Shown: positions 45,513 to 55,470 of the stretch, piece by piece
How the letters are laid out: each line of letters starts with the position of its first letter
Numbering within the stretch: position 1 is the stretch's first letter
Origin: Candidatus Aceula meridiana
Lineage (GTDB): Bacteria > Omnitrophota > Gorgyraeia > Zapsychrales > Aceulaceae
DNA: 64,000 nucleotides
NCBI GenBank assembly: GCA_030765185.1
Contig: JAVCDE010000026.1
Coordinates: forward strand, 17,276 to 81,275
Direction of reading: 5' to 3'
Made by a program: the position numbers and the translations under genes
The notes under the pieces: model-generated
The model's input: only the letters and a program-made list of their open reading frames with translations
What the model was told of the DNA's origin: nothing
Databases searched by the model: none

Positions 45513-46599
45513 AAAAAAGAAACAAAAGACCGTTTTTGTTGCCATGAGTGGCGGGGTAGACTCCTCGGTAGCCGCTGCTTTGTTAAAGAAAAAAGGATAC
45601 AAAGTTGTTGGTGTTACGATGTGTTTTAATATTTCCTCTTCGCAGGGCAAGCGGCCGTCTTGTTGTGGCGCAGAGGCAATTGAAGAGGCAAAAAGAGCAG
45701 CACAAGTTTTAGATATTCCCCATTATGTGCTTAGCTTTGGAGACGACCTTCAAAAATATGTTATTGATGACTTTGTCAAAGAATATCTTGATGCACGGAC
45801 ACCCAACCCTTGCGTGCAGTGTAATCGGATGGTTAAGTTTGGCTCTCTTTTAAAGAAGGTAAAATTGATGGGGGCTGATTTTTTAGCCACGGGCCATTAC
45901 GCCCGTGCTGATTATAGCAAAACTCGACGACGGTTTGAGCTTAAAAAGGGCAAGGATAAAAAGAAAGATCAGGGGTATTTTCTTTATAAAATTCAGAAAG
46001 AAAATCTTTCATCTATTTTATTTCCTTTGGGAGGCCTTAAAAAAAAGAAGGTTCGTCTGCTGGCAAAGAAACTTCACCTCCCGAGTGCTGAGCGCAGAGA
46101 AAGCCAAGATATTTGTTTTATTCCAAAAGGTAGCTATCAGGAATTTATTCAAGACCGTTTAGGAAAGAAAGCTTTTAAGCCCGGAGAAATTTGTGATTTT
46201 AAAGGAAATGTTTTAGGCCAGCATAAAGGTATTGCTTTTTACACTATTGGCCAAAGAGACAAGCTTGGCATTGCCGTTGGCAAGCCGGTTTATGTTTATC
46301 GAATTGACAAGACGACAAATACCATCTTTGTCGGGGACAAAAAATGCTTGTTGGCACACGGATTAATCGCTGAGGATGTTAATTTTGTTTCTATGAATAT
46401 TCCAAAGAAAAAAATAGAGGTTCAAATCAAAATCCGATATAATCAACCTGAAGTTAAAGCATGGCTGTCGCAAGATAAAGGCGGCCGAGTAAGGGTTGAT
46501 TTTTATACGCCGCAGATGGCTGTTACGCCAGGCCAGTCGGTTGTATTTTACAGGAAAGATATTATTTTAGGCGGCGGTATTATTAAAGACGTTTTTTAA
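45505..46599 (+). CDS. mnmA: tRNA-specific 2-thiouridylase
   Basis: AMSGGVDSSV, TPNPCVQCN, ATGHYA, ESQDICF, TPGQSVVFY. Confidence 0.96.
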   Translation: MFRKKKQKTVFVAMSGGVDSSVAAALLKKKGYKVVGVTMCFNISSSQGKRPSCCGAEAIEEAKRAAQVLDIPHYVLSFGDDLQKYVIDDFVKEYLDARTPNPCVQCNRMVKFGSLLKKVKLMGADFLATGHYARADYSKTRRRFELKKGKDKKKDQGYFLYKIQKENLSSILFPLGGLKKKKVRLLAKKLHLPSAERRESQDICFIPKGSYQEFIQDRLGKKAFKPGEICDFKGNVLGQHKGIAFYTIGQRDKLGIAVGKPVYVYRIDKTTNTIFVGDKKCLLAHGLIAEDVNFVSMNIPKKKIEVQIKIRYNQPEVKAWLSQDKGGRVRVDFYTPQMAVTPGQSVVFYRKDIILGGGIIKDVF

Positions 46600-46771
46600 C
46601 CTGGATTTTGCATTGCAAAATCCACCCGGAGGGCCGCATCGGCGCAATTTATTGCGACTTGCGGGGTTACCCTCGCCGTAAGGCGTTTTGCATTTGAATA
46701 CTTTTATTCCGTGTTTTAAAATAGGAAAAATATTCAAATGAAAAATTCCGGTTAAAGACAGGAGAGATAGT

Positions 46772-48046
46772 ATGGATATTAAGTTTGATATAGCAAATCT
46801 TAAAGGATTTATCGAAAAGAAGGAATGGGATGATATTGTTCCTCAAGTTAAGAAGGCTCACGAGGAATTGGTTAACAAGACAGGGCAAGGGAGCAACTTT
46901 ACCGGATGGCTTGACCTTGCTTCGCGCACCGACAACGCTCTTTTAGATGAGCTTAAAATCCTCGGAGAAGAGGTCAGAGAAAATTCTGATTGCATTATTA
47001 GCTTAGGGATTGGCGGTTCTTACCTTGGCATCCGAGCAACGGTAGAATTTTTAATTGCTGATCAAAAAATTCCTATTCATTATGCCGGTAATAATTTAAG
47101 CTCCGGGTATCTTTATCATCTTTTAAAAGGGCTTGAAGACAAACGTGTAACCATTGTGGTTATTTCGAAATCCGGCACCACAACAGAGACGGCATTAGCT
47201 TTTCGTATTATTAAAGAATTTATGGAAAAGAAATATGATGCCAATGAATTAAAGAAAAGAATTATCTGTGTGACGGATCAAGAAAAAGGGGCTTTACGAA
47301 AAAGTATTAACAGCGAAGGCTATCGTTCGTATCCTATTCACGACGATGTCGGTGGACGGTTTTCTGTTTTGTGCCCGGCTGGGTTAGTTTCTTTGGCTCT
47401 GGCAGGCTTAGACATCCATCAACTTATTGAAGGAGCCCGAGATGCTGAGAAGGCCTTTGACGAAATGGACTTAGAAAAAAACATCGCCTATCAGTATGCG
47501 GCGGCACGATATCTTTTGTATAAAAAAGGAAAAAAGATAGAAGTTTTATCTACGTTTTATCAACGACTTTCCTATGTGGCTGAGTGGTGGAAGCAGCTTT
47601 TTGGGGAAAGCGAAGGGAAAGATGGCAAAGGAATTTTCCCGGCATCGCTTAATTTAACAGCTGACTTGCATTCGATGGGGCAGCTGATGCAAGAAGGCGA
47701 GCGTAATGTTTTTGAAACTTTTTTAATGGTTGAAGACTCCGGGCACAAGATGATTATTCCGCCGGCTGAAGAGAACCTTGATAATTTTAATTGCGTGGCT
47801 GGAAAAGATTTGGATTTTGTTAATAAGCAGGGTTACAAAGCAACATCGAGCGCTCATTATGAGGGTGGGGTTCCTAACATGACCATTACCTTGCCTAATT
47901 GTCAAGCGCATGCTTTAGGTCAGTTGTATTATTTTTTTCAAAAGGCGGTTGCGATTACCGGATATCTTATCGGTGTTAATCCGTTTAATCAGCCTGGTGT
48001 TGAGGCCTACAAGAAAAAGATGTTTGCGCTTTTAGGGAGAGAATAA
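46772..48046 (+). CDS. pgi: Glucose-6-phosphate isomerase
   Basis: GIGGSYLG, SKSGTTTE, VGGRFSV, QLFGESEGK, NPFNQPGVEAYK. Confidence 0.96.
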   Translation: MDIKFDIANLKGFIEKKEWDDIVPQVKKAHEELVNKTGQGSNFTGWLDLASRTDNALLDELKILGEEVRENSDCIISLGIGGSYLGIRATVEFLIADQKIPIHYAGNNLSSGYLYHLLKGLEDKRVTIVVISKSGTTTETALAFRIIKEFMEKKYDANELKKRIICVTDQEKGALRKSINSEGYRSYPIHDDVGGRFSVLCPAGLVSLALAGLDIHQLIEGARDAEKAFDEMDLEKNIAYQYAAARYLLYKKGKKIEVLSTFYQRLSYVAEWWKQLFGESEGKDGKGIFPASLNLTADLHSMGQLMQEGERNVFETFLMVEDSGHKMIIPPAEENLDNFNCVAGKDLDFVNKQGYKATSSAHYEGGVPNMTITLPNCQAHALGQLYYFFQKAVAITGYLIGVNPFNQPGVEAYKKKMFALLGRE

Positions 48047-48080
48047 AAAAGAAGAAAATAAAAAGTAAACTAAAACATCA

Positions 48081-48110
48081 AGCCCCGGACTGGATGCCCG
48101 GGGCTCGTTT
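48081..48110. terminator. Hairpin terminator after pgi (possibly bidirectional)
   Basis: AGCCCCGG-N9-CCGGGGCT with T-rich sequence following on both strands. Confidence 0.7.
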
Positions 48111-48288
48111 GTAAGGTGATAGGCCTTAAGTTGCTCTCGCTATCTTGCGACCTCCTTGATATCTAATTTAAGTATGGCATAAAAATTCTCATTTTTCAAG
48201 GTATCGACAAAAGTTGTTTCTTAAAGACTTTTGCATATTCTTCCAACTTGAATTGACAACGGTATCTGCACATGTTAAAAATAGTAAT

Positions 48289-48822
48289 ATGAGTAATAAA
48301 TTAAAAGTAATATTAGGCTTGGGCCTGATTGCGGTGGCCTTTATTTGCATAATCGCGGTTTCTTTTTCAATTGACCGTAGAAATCAGTCTTCTGTCCAAG
48401 AAATTGATGTCCTTCAAGTAGAATTAGCTAATCTTATCGCTCAGCAAAGCGAAGACATCCTTTCTGATTCGGACAAAGAAAAAGTAGAGCGCGATCCTAT
48501 TCGCCTGGAAGATGTTTTGGCTCGTGCGCAGAGCATCTATGGCGAGGCAGAACTTGAGCGTAAGAATGGAATTCTTTGGATTGACCGCAAAAGCTCCCAA
48601 ATGATGGTTACTTTAGGGGTTGTCAACGGCCTGATGCCAGGAACTTATTTAGGTGTTTATCAAGAAAAGCTTCAAGCTGATGGCACGGTTATTAATGAAA
48701 AAGTCGATGATGTTGTTGTTGAAAAAGCGTATGACATCATCTCTTATGTTAAGTCCACAAAAAAAGCGCAAGATGATTTTAACCGCGATTATTACCGCGT
48801 TAGCATGAAGGGTTCTTTTTAG
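48289..48822 (+). CDS. Hypothetical membrane-anchored protein
   Basis: ATG at 48289 followed by one TM and a coiled coil; TTGACA promoter element at 48253. Confidence 0.7.
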   Translation: MSNKLKVILGLGLIAVAFICIIAVSFSIDRRNQSSVQEIDVLQVELANLIAQQSEDILSDSDKEKVERDPIRLEDVLARAQSIYGEAELERKNGILWIDRKSSQMMVTLGVVNGLMPGTYLGVYQEKLQADGTVINEKVDDVVVEKAYDIISYVKSTKKAQDDFNRDYYRVSMKGSF

Positions 48823-48847
48823 CCCTTTTTTAAGTAACCTGCAAATT

Positions 48848-50542
48848 ATGCGAAACAGATCCCCTATAGGTCAACTTCTTGTCGACAAAAAGATTATCAC
48901 TCCTGAGCAGCTTAAGATTGCCCTCCATGAACAGAAAAAAACAAGAGAACTTTTAGGGATTACGCTTATCCGCCTTGGATTTGTTGATGAAGAAAAGATT
49001 TATCTTCCGATTCTCGCCGGAGAGCTTGGGGTTGATTTTCTTAATTTAAAAGATTTTGAGATTCCTTCTGAGGTTATTAATAAAATTCCTGCCAAAGTTG
49101 CTGACCACTACAAAGTTATCCCCGTTGATTACAGAGATGATGTTTTAACCATTGCTCTCACGAATCCTTTAGACATCCATACCTTAGATGATGTTTCTTT
49201 GGTTGCCGGGTCTAAAGTTAAATCTGTTTTAGCAGCTCAAAAAGATATTGCAGAGGCTATCCGTAAATATTATGGCTTAGGAGCAGACACGATCGAACAG
49301 ATGATGGATACGGTAACGGTCTTGCCGCAGTCCACAGAAAGAGTTGAAGATATTCAGGAGTTGGACTCAGAAGCTTCTATCGGAAAATTTATCAATCAGC
49401 TCCTTTTAGAGTCTTATCAAAACCGGGCTACAGATATTCACATCGAACCTTTTGAAAATGAACTCAAAGTTCGTTATCGTGTTGATGGCATTCTCTATGA
49501 TGCTAAGGTTCCTATTAATATTAAGCATTTTAAAGATTCTGTTAGCTCGCGTATTAAGATTATTTCTAATTTGGATATTGCCGAAAAACGCCTGCCGCAA
49601 GATGGACGTTTTAAGGTGCGTGTCGGCGATGTTGATTTGGATTTGCGCGTATCGTTTTTACCGACACCTTACGGGGAGAGTATTGTTATCCGTATCTTAA
49701 GCTCAACAAAATTATATAGCTTGGCAGAGCTAGGGCTTGCTAGTGAAGAAGAAAAGATTCTCGACGGGTTAATTAAAAGGCCGCATGGCATTCTTTTTCT
49801 AACGGGCCCTACTGGCAGTGGAAAAACAACAACGCTTTATTCTTGCCTTTCCCGCATTAATAAGGTTGATAAGAAAATTATTACCATTGAGGACCCAATT
49901 GAATATCAACTTAATGGTATTACGCAAATTCAAATTCATCCAGCGATTGGGTTAAATTTTGCTGTGGGCCTGCGTTCGATGTTAAGGCATGATCCTGATA
50001 TTATGATGGTTGGAGAAGTCCGCGACACGGAAACTGCAGAAATTACTATTCAGGTTGCTTTAACAGGGCATTTAGTTTTCTCTACGCTGCATACCAACGA
50101 TGCCGCTTCAGCCGTGGCACGTCTTTTAGACATGGGGGTTGAACCATATTTGGTCGCAAGTTCAGTTTTGTGTTTTATCGCGCAGCGTTTAGTGCGCGTG
50201 ATTTGCCCAAAGTGCAAAAAACCAGTCCATGTATCCGCGGAAATGTTTAAGGAAATGGGCATTGATCCGAAGGCGCTTGAGGGCGTGACGATTTATGAAG
50301 GCAAAGGGTGTGAGGATTGCAATCTTACCGGATATAAAGGACGCCAGGGTATTTATGAATTTTTACCCATTACCGAAGAGATTCGTAATCTTATTATTGA
50401 AAGAGCATCGGCTGCAAAAATTAAAGATAAAGCTGTTGAGCTCGGCATGCGAACTTTGCGCGAGAGAGGATGGGAGAAAGTAAAGAGAGGAATCACCACT
50501 CCGAGTGAGGTTATCCGCGTTACTCAGCAAGAAGAAATTTAA
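48848..50542 (+). CDS. gspE: T2SS/T4P assembly ATPase (GspE/PilB) with MshEN-like N-terminus
   Basis: ATDIHIEP, RLPQDGR, GPTGSGKTTTLY, LRHDPD, STLHTN, CxxC...CxxC. Confidence 0.93.
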   Translation: MRNRSPIGQLLVDKKIITPEQLKIALHEQKKTRELLGITLIRLGFVDEEKIYLPILAGELGVDFLNLKDFEIPSEVINKIPAKVADHYKVIPVDYRDDVLTIALTNPLDIHTLDDVSLVAGSKVKSVLAAQKDIAEAIRKYYGLGADTIEQMMDTVTVLPQSTERVEDIQELDSEASIGKFINQLLLESYQNRATDIHIEPFENELKVRYRVDGILYDAKVPINIKHFKDSVSSRIKIISNLDIAEKRLPQDGRFKVRVGDVDLDLRVSFLPTPYGESIVIRILSSTKLYSLAELGLASEEEKILDGLIKRPHGILFLTGPTGSGKTTTLYSCLSRINKVDKKIITIEDPIEYQLNGITQIQIHPAIGLNFAVGLRSMLRHDPDIMMVGEVRDTETAEITIQVALTGHLVFSTLHTNDAASAVARLLDMGVEPYLVASSVLCFIAQRLVRVICPKCKKPVHVSAEMFKEMGIDPKALEGVTIYEGKGCEDCNLTGYKGRQGIYEFLPITEEIRNLIIERASAAKIKDKAVELGMRTLRERGWEKVKRGITTPSEVIRVTQQEEI

Positions 50543-50562
50543 GAGTAAGAACCAACTGATGT

Positions 50563-50604
50563 AAAAGGGCCCTGCCAAGAAATACGGCTGGGCCCTTTTG
50601 TTTT
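50563..50604 (+). terminator. Intrinsic terminator after gspE
   Basis: AAAAGGGCCC...GGGCCCTTTT followed by GTTTT. Confidence 0.75.
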
Positions 50605-50685
50605 GGTAGCGTTTCCTCCAACAAGGCCACAGGGCCTTGTTTTTAGTTTTGTGGATGCTATCTTTGAGTTAAGGGGCACACGATA

Positions 50686-51042
50686 ATGAGAGAGATGACA
50701 ATTCAAAATTTAACTTCAAAAGATAAAACAAGAAATGAAGTTTTGTTTTGCGAAGCCTTTGAGAGAGAAGGAATACGGCGAGCTCTCGAGAGAAGAAATA
50801 CCTGCAAGATTATCAATGTTCTTGAATTTGAAGACCAGGCCCATGCTGAAGATTTTCTAAGCAGAGAATCAAAGAAATGCCCACCTCCTGAAACGCGCAT
50901 TGTTCATCTTTTTAACAGTGATTTAGCTAAAGATGAAGTCATTTACAAGATTTCTGGCAATCAATATGTTGTTTTAGGCAATCGCCTTTTTGCCTTAAAA
51001 GTTTCCCATTCCTTGAAAAAAATCGTTTCCATAGCAAAATAA
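50686..51042 (+). CDS. Hypothetical protein
   Basis: 118-aa ORF with AGGGG SD-like element; no recognised motif. Confidence 0.55.
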   Translation: MREMTIQNLTSKDKTRNEVLFCEAFEREGIRRALERRNTCKIINVLEFEDQAHAEDFLSRESKKCPPPETRIVHLFNSDLAKDEVIYKISGNQYVVLGNRLFALKVSHSLKKIVSIAK

Positions 51043-51121
51043 TTCTTACATAATATTAATATTAATATTCTATATGCGTTATCTTGCAAAGCCTTTTTGG
51101 CTATGTTAGAATGATTTTGTT

Positions 51122-52348
51122 ATGGCGAAATTTTCTTTTAAGGCTAAAAAAGGCCCTCAGGAGTTTATTGAAGACGTCTTAGAGGCAGAGAGTTTAGATA
51201 GGGCTGTTGAGAAAATTACCGCCTTAGGATATGTTCCTATTGATGTTAGTCTCTATAGGCCAACTAAAATAAAGTCTTTTTCTAAAAAAAAGAAGGTTTT
51301 ATTTTTTTATAAAAAAGTTTCCCTATCTGAGCTTGTCATGCTAACTCGACAGCTTTATGATTTGCTTGATTCCGGCGTTCCCCTTCTTAAAGCCCTAAGA
51401 TTAACATTAGAGCAGGGGACAAATCCTCATCTTAAGAAAGTTCTTGCACAGATCTATAGTTCTGTTCAGGACGGTGGTTTGTTTTCTGATGCGCTCGCGC
51501 AGCACAGAGATGTCTTTTCTCCTCTCTATGTCAACATGGTTAAGGCTGGAGAAATCAGCGGAAAATTAGACGTTGTTTTAGAGCGCCTGGCAACATTTTT
51601 AGAAAAAGATTCAGAGGCGCGCGCAAAAATACAAAATAGTCTTATTTATCCATCGCTTATTTTAGGTGTAGGAATGCTGACCATTTTTGTTCTTCTTACT
51701 TTTGTTATTCCACGGCTGACTGAGATGTTTGAAGACTTGAGCGCGAATCTTCCGCTTCCGACTGTTATTTTGATAGCGGTGAGTGATTTTCTTTCTCGGT
51801 TTTGGTGGCTTTTAGCTATTTTAATCCTGGCAGCAGTTTTTTATTTTAAAAACTTTGCATCTTCTGAAAAAGGAACGCTGCAGGTTGACCGTTTAAAATT
51901 AAAGATTCCTGTCCTAGGAAATTTTATTCAATGTATTGAAATTGCACGTTTTTCAAGGACCTTAAGCACGCTTTTAGAAAGCGGGGTCGTGATTGTCTCA
52001 GGGCTGGAATCTGTCAGCGATCTTTTGGATAATGCGGTATTAAAAAAAGAGGCCCGCGAAATTGCGCGACAAGTAGCCGCTGGAGCAAGTTTAAGTGAGG
52101 CCTTAAAAGCGAGCACGTTTTTTCCAGCGGACGCCCAAAACATGATTAGCATCGGAGAAGAGGCGGGACGGCTTGAAGCGTCTCTTTTAAAACTCGCGGT
52201 TTCTTATGAAAAGAAATCTGACGCGTTAACCAAGACGCTAACATCAATGCTCGAGCCGCTTTTAATTGTTTTTATTGGCCTTGTCGTCGGGTTTGTGGTT
52301 ATTTCCATGCTGCTGCCAATTTTTCAGATGAATTTTATTGTTCAATAG
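51122..52348 (+). CDS. gspF: T2SS/T4P inner-membrane platform protein (GspF/PilC)
   Basis: LLDSGVPLLKAL, MVKAGEISGKL, LIYP, GEEAGRL, LEPLLI. Confidence 0.95.
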   Translation: MAKFSFKAKKGPQEFIEDVLEAESLDRAVEKITALGYVPIDVSLYRPTKIKSFSKKKKVLFFYKKVSLSELVMLTRQLYDLLDSGVPLLKALRLTLEQGTNPHLKKVLAQIYSSVQDGGLFSDALAQHRDVFSPLYVNMVKAGEISGKLDVVLERLATFLEKDSEARAKIQNSLIYPSLILGVGMLTIFVLLTFVIPRLTEMFEDLSANLPLPTVILIAVSDFLSRFWWLLAILILAAVFYFKNFASSEKGTLQVDRLKLKIPVLGNFIQCIEIARFSRTLSTLLESGVVIVSGLESVSDLLDNAVLKKEAREIARQVAAGASLSEALKASTFFPADAQNMISIGEEAGRLEASLLKLAVSYEKKSDALTKTLTSMLEPLLIVFIGLVVGFVVISMLLPIFQMNFIVQ

Positions 52349-52360
52349 AAAGGAACTTTT

Positions 52361-52792
52361 ATGAAGAGACGAGGTGGATTTACTTTAATTGAAATTATGC
52401 TTGTTGTCATCATCTTAGGTATTCTCGTTGCTATGGTTGTTCCGAACTTAGCCGGGCGAGGACAGCAGGCCCGCGAGGCTGCCGCCCGCGCGGACATAGA
52501 AGCTAACCTTGCAACGTCTTTGGATTTGTATGAGATGGATAATGGGAAGTATCCTAGCACGGAGCAGGGGCTGAAGGCACTTTTAGTAGAGCCGTCAACA
52601 TCACCTGTTCCTCCAAATTGGAGCGGTCCGTATCTAAAGAAAAAGAGAATTCCTCTCGATCCATGGGGCGTGGAGTATGTTTACGTTTTTCCCGGCATTC
52701 AAAATATACAAGAATATGACCTATCTTCTCTAGGCCCAGACGGCATTGAAAGCGAAGACGATATTACAAATTGGGCAGAAATCGACATTTAA
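52361..52792 (+). CDS. gspG: Major pseudopilin GspG
   Basis: G|FTLIEIMLV, YPSTEQGLKAL, WSGPYL, DPWG, SLGPDG. Confidence 0.95.
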   Translation: MKRRGGFTLIEIMLVVIILGILVAMVVPNLAGRGQQAREAAARADIEANLATSLDLYEMDNGKYPSTEQGLKALLVEPSTSPVPPNWSGPYLKKKRIPLDPWGVEYVYVFPGIQNIQEYDLSSLGPDGIESEDDITNWAEIDI

Positions 52793-52793
52793 G

Positions 52794-53267
52794 TTGAAAA
52801 CAAGAAAGTTTTTTTTAGGAAATGCTTTTAGCCTTATTGAGCTTCTTTTAGTTGTCATTTTAATTGGAGTTCTCGCTGGGTTGTCCCTACCACGTTTTAG
52901 TCAAAGCTATTCTCAAATTCGCCTTGAACAAACTGCTTATAACCTAGCGTCGATGATGCGCTATGCCCAAGGACGCGCTCTTTCGCGCCAAGAAGAAATT
53001 CAGCTTCAGTTTGATTCTGATTTTACGCGATATCATCTTATGGAAAGAAAAGGTGATAATTTTGAAGTGATTGAAGGCCGCAGAGGACGGGCGCAGCTTA
53101 TTCCAAAGGGAATCTCAATTGAATCAGAAGAAACAACTGTGGGATTTTCTCCAGGGGGGGCAATGGATAAGGTAAGAATTTATCTGTCTAATGAAAAAGG
53201 GAAAATATTCACCGTTACCACGAGGGAGCTAAGAGGAAGTGTTAAAGTTTTTGATTCAGAAATTTAG
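52794..53267 (+). CDS. Minor pseudopilin (GspH/FimT-like)
   Basis: A|FSLIELLLVV prepilin motif; start uncertain (TTG 52794 chosen). Confidence 0.8.
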   Translation: MKTRKFFLGNAFSLIELLLVVILIGVLAGLSLPRFSQSYSQIRLEQTAYNLASMMRYAQGRALSRQEEIQLQFDSDFTRYHLMERKGDNFEVIEGRRGRAQLIPKGISIESEETTVGFSPGGAMDKVRIYLSNEKGKIFTVTTRELRGSVKVFDSEI

Positions 53268-53640
53268 CCGCAGAGGGTTTGTTCTTGTTGAAGTGCTGAT
53301 GACAGTGGCCATCCTATCTGTTGTCTTAACGATGATTATACGTTCGCACATGGCAAGTTTACGCGCTTCCACATACACGGAGGAATATTCAACGGCTGTA
53401 TTACTTTTAGAAAACAAGATGACGGAATTAATCCAAAAAGGGTTTATCCGAAGAGACCTTGAGGAACAAGAAGCTTTTGATTTTCCTTACGAAAAGTTTT
53501 CTTATTTGTTTCAATCGAAAAAAAGTGAAAACGCCGAAGATTCTGACAACTTAAATGAGGTCACATTGACTTTGTTTTGGCCATCAGGAAAAGGCGAGCG
53601 TAAAATTTTAGCAACAACATATTTATTTAATTCATTTTAA
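53239..53640 (+). CDS. Minor pseudopilin (GspI-like)
   Basis: RRG|FVLVEVLMTV. Confidence 0.8.
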   Translation: MLKFLIQKFSRRGFVLVEVLMTVAILSVVLTMIIRSHMASLRASTYTEEYSTAVLLLENKMTELIQKGFIRRDLEEQEAFDFPYEKFSYLFQSKKSENAEDSDNLNEVTLTLFWPSGKGERKILATTYLFNSF

Positions 53641-53643
53641 AAT

Positions 53644-54372
53644 ATGAAAATACAAAACTCTTTAAAAGAAAATCTTAAAGCCTTCACGCTTATTGAAATC
53701 CTTATTGCCTTAGGAATTTTTTCGGTGGTCATTTTAAGTCTTTATAGCAGTTTTTGGGCGGGAATGAAGATTAATAAGCGGGCACACCAAAATGATAATA
53801 TTTATCGCCAGATCGCCTTAGGACTAGAAGAGATGGCGCATGAGCTTGAGCAGGCGGCCTCATATGATTTTTCACAATCTCAAGAGGATGCCGGTGCTTT
53901 TTATGGGACAGCAGGAGAGATCTCTTTTTTGCTCCCGACGGCGGAGGGATTGAAGCATATTCGTTATTACCTAGAGGCTGAGGAGGAAACATCTATTCAT
54001 CGTATTATTGTCGGAGAAAGTTATCAAAAAAATGTTTCTTTTACCTTAACTAATCAATCTTCACCGAGCCGGTATGCTCTTATCCGTGAAGAAAATTCAT
54101 TTGTAGACGCCATGGGAGATTCTTTTTCTTCTGACCCAGAGGTGGTTACCTTAGGAATTGCTGAAGAGGGTCTTCAATTTTCTTATGCGTTTCTGAAGCA
54201 AGAGGGCGACGGGGTAGAGATTGTATGGAAAGATGTTTGGGATGAAAACTATATTCCCGCAGGGGTGAAGCTTAAAGTGTCTTTTTTAAACGCTGAGAAT
54301 AAAAACGGTTTTCAAGAAATTGAAAAAAATATTTATATCCCAACAGGCTTTTGGGGGGAAGATGAAGTTTAA
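53644..54372 (+). CDS. Minor pseudopilin (GspJ-like)
   Basis: KA|FTLIEILIAL; C-terminal W..W....IPAGVKL. Confidence 0.82.
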   Translation: MKIQNSLKENLKAFTLIEILIALGIFSVVILSLYSSFWAGMKINKRAHQNDNIYRQIALGLEEMAHELEQAASYDFSQSQEDAGAFYGTAGEISFLLPTAEGLKHIRYYLEAEEETSIHRIIVGESYQKNVSFTLTNQSSPSRYALIREENSFVDAMGDSFSSDPEVVTLGIAEEGLQFSYAFLKQEGDGVEIVWKDVWDENYIPAGVKLKVSFLNAENKNGFQEIEKNIYIPTGFWGEDEV

Positions 54373-55459
54373 TATTCTGCGATTGAGACTTCAAGATAAT
54401 TCTGGCATAATAATGATAGTCACGTTGTGGATTTTAATTATTCTTAGCGTGCTAGCCGTGGGGTTAGGCAGGCGGACGAGCTTGGATTTAGCTCTAACCA
54501 AATATAGCATCGCGAGGGCAAAGGCAATGTCTTTGGCATGGGGTGCTTTAACCTATAGTATGAATGAAATCCGCAAGGATTCAGAAGATGACGATGCGGA
54601 AAAATTTGACAGCTTTTATCAATGCGGTTTTTATCTTCCTGAAGAAAGTTCTGCCGAGGAGATTTTTGAGAATAGACCTTTAGGAGATGGGTTTTTTGAT
54701 GTGAGGTATAAAATAGAGCAGGGGAAAGGCGCAGATCGTATTTGTTATGGGTTTGAGGATGAAGAGAGACGATTAAACCTTAATTCGATTTATTCTGGAA
54801 ATTATAAAGTTCTTTACCACTTGATTGTTCTTTTAGGATTTGATGAGGCAACAGCTTTGACGATTTCGTGTTCGGTTGTTGATTGGCATGATGACGACAG
54901 CATTGTTACCGAGGCACCTCATGGGGCTGAAGATGATTATTATGTGGCATTAATTAAGCCTTATCGTTGCAAGAATACAACGTTTGAAACTATCGAAGAG
55001 CTTTTACTTGTTAAGGGCGTCACAAAAGAAATTTTCGATTCTCTTAAGGACTACGTGACAGTTTTTCCTTTAGAGGCGAGGGATTTAAAAGTAAATATTA
55101 ATACCGTCAAAGAGGATATTTTAAAGGCCATTTTTCGGGCAACAGCCGAAAGAAATCCCGGCGCCGAGGAGCTTGACGCTGATTCACTCACTCAAAAGAT
55201 TGTATCTTATCGATTAGGAGAAGATGCAATGGCCTGCACAGCTGATGACCGAATTATCGAAAAGGCCAATAGCGAGCCACTTAGCTTAAATCAGAGTGAG
55301 CAAGCGATTTTTCTTTCTGCCGTAAATCATTTTATTGAAAGCGCGCAGTATTTCCGCATTACGGTGCATGGGTACGATGAACCTTCAGGGGTTAAGGCGC
55401 AGATACAAGCTGTTGTTGACCGTGAAGACTTAACCATTTTACGCTGGCGCAGGAACTAA
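54362..55459 (+). CDS. gspK: Minor pseudopilin GspK
   Basis: SG|IIMIVTLWIL (no E5), DEERRLNLN, VVDWHDDD, GAEDDYY, EELLLVKG, VNINT. Confidence 0.9.
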   Translation: MKFNILRLRLQDNSGIIMIVTLWILIILSVLAVGLGRRTSLDLALTKYSIARAKAMSLAWGALTYSMNEIRKDSEDDDAEKFDSFYQCGFYLPEESSAEEIFENRPLGDGFFDVRYKIEQGKGADRICYGFEDEERRLNLNSIYSGNYKVLYHLIVLLGFDEATALTISCSVVDWHDDDSIVTEAPHGAEDDYYVALIKPYRCKNTTFETIEELLLVKGVTKEIFDSLKDYVTVFPLEARDLKVNINTVKEDILKAIFRATAERNPGAEELDADSLTQKIVSYRLGEDAMACTADDRIIEKANSEPLSLNQSEQAIFLSAVNHFIESAQYFRITVHGYDEPSGVKAQIQAVVDREDLTILRWRRN

Positions 55460-55470
55460 CTTTAAAAAAG

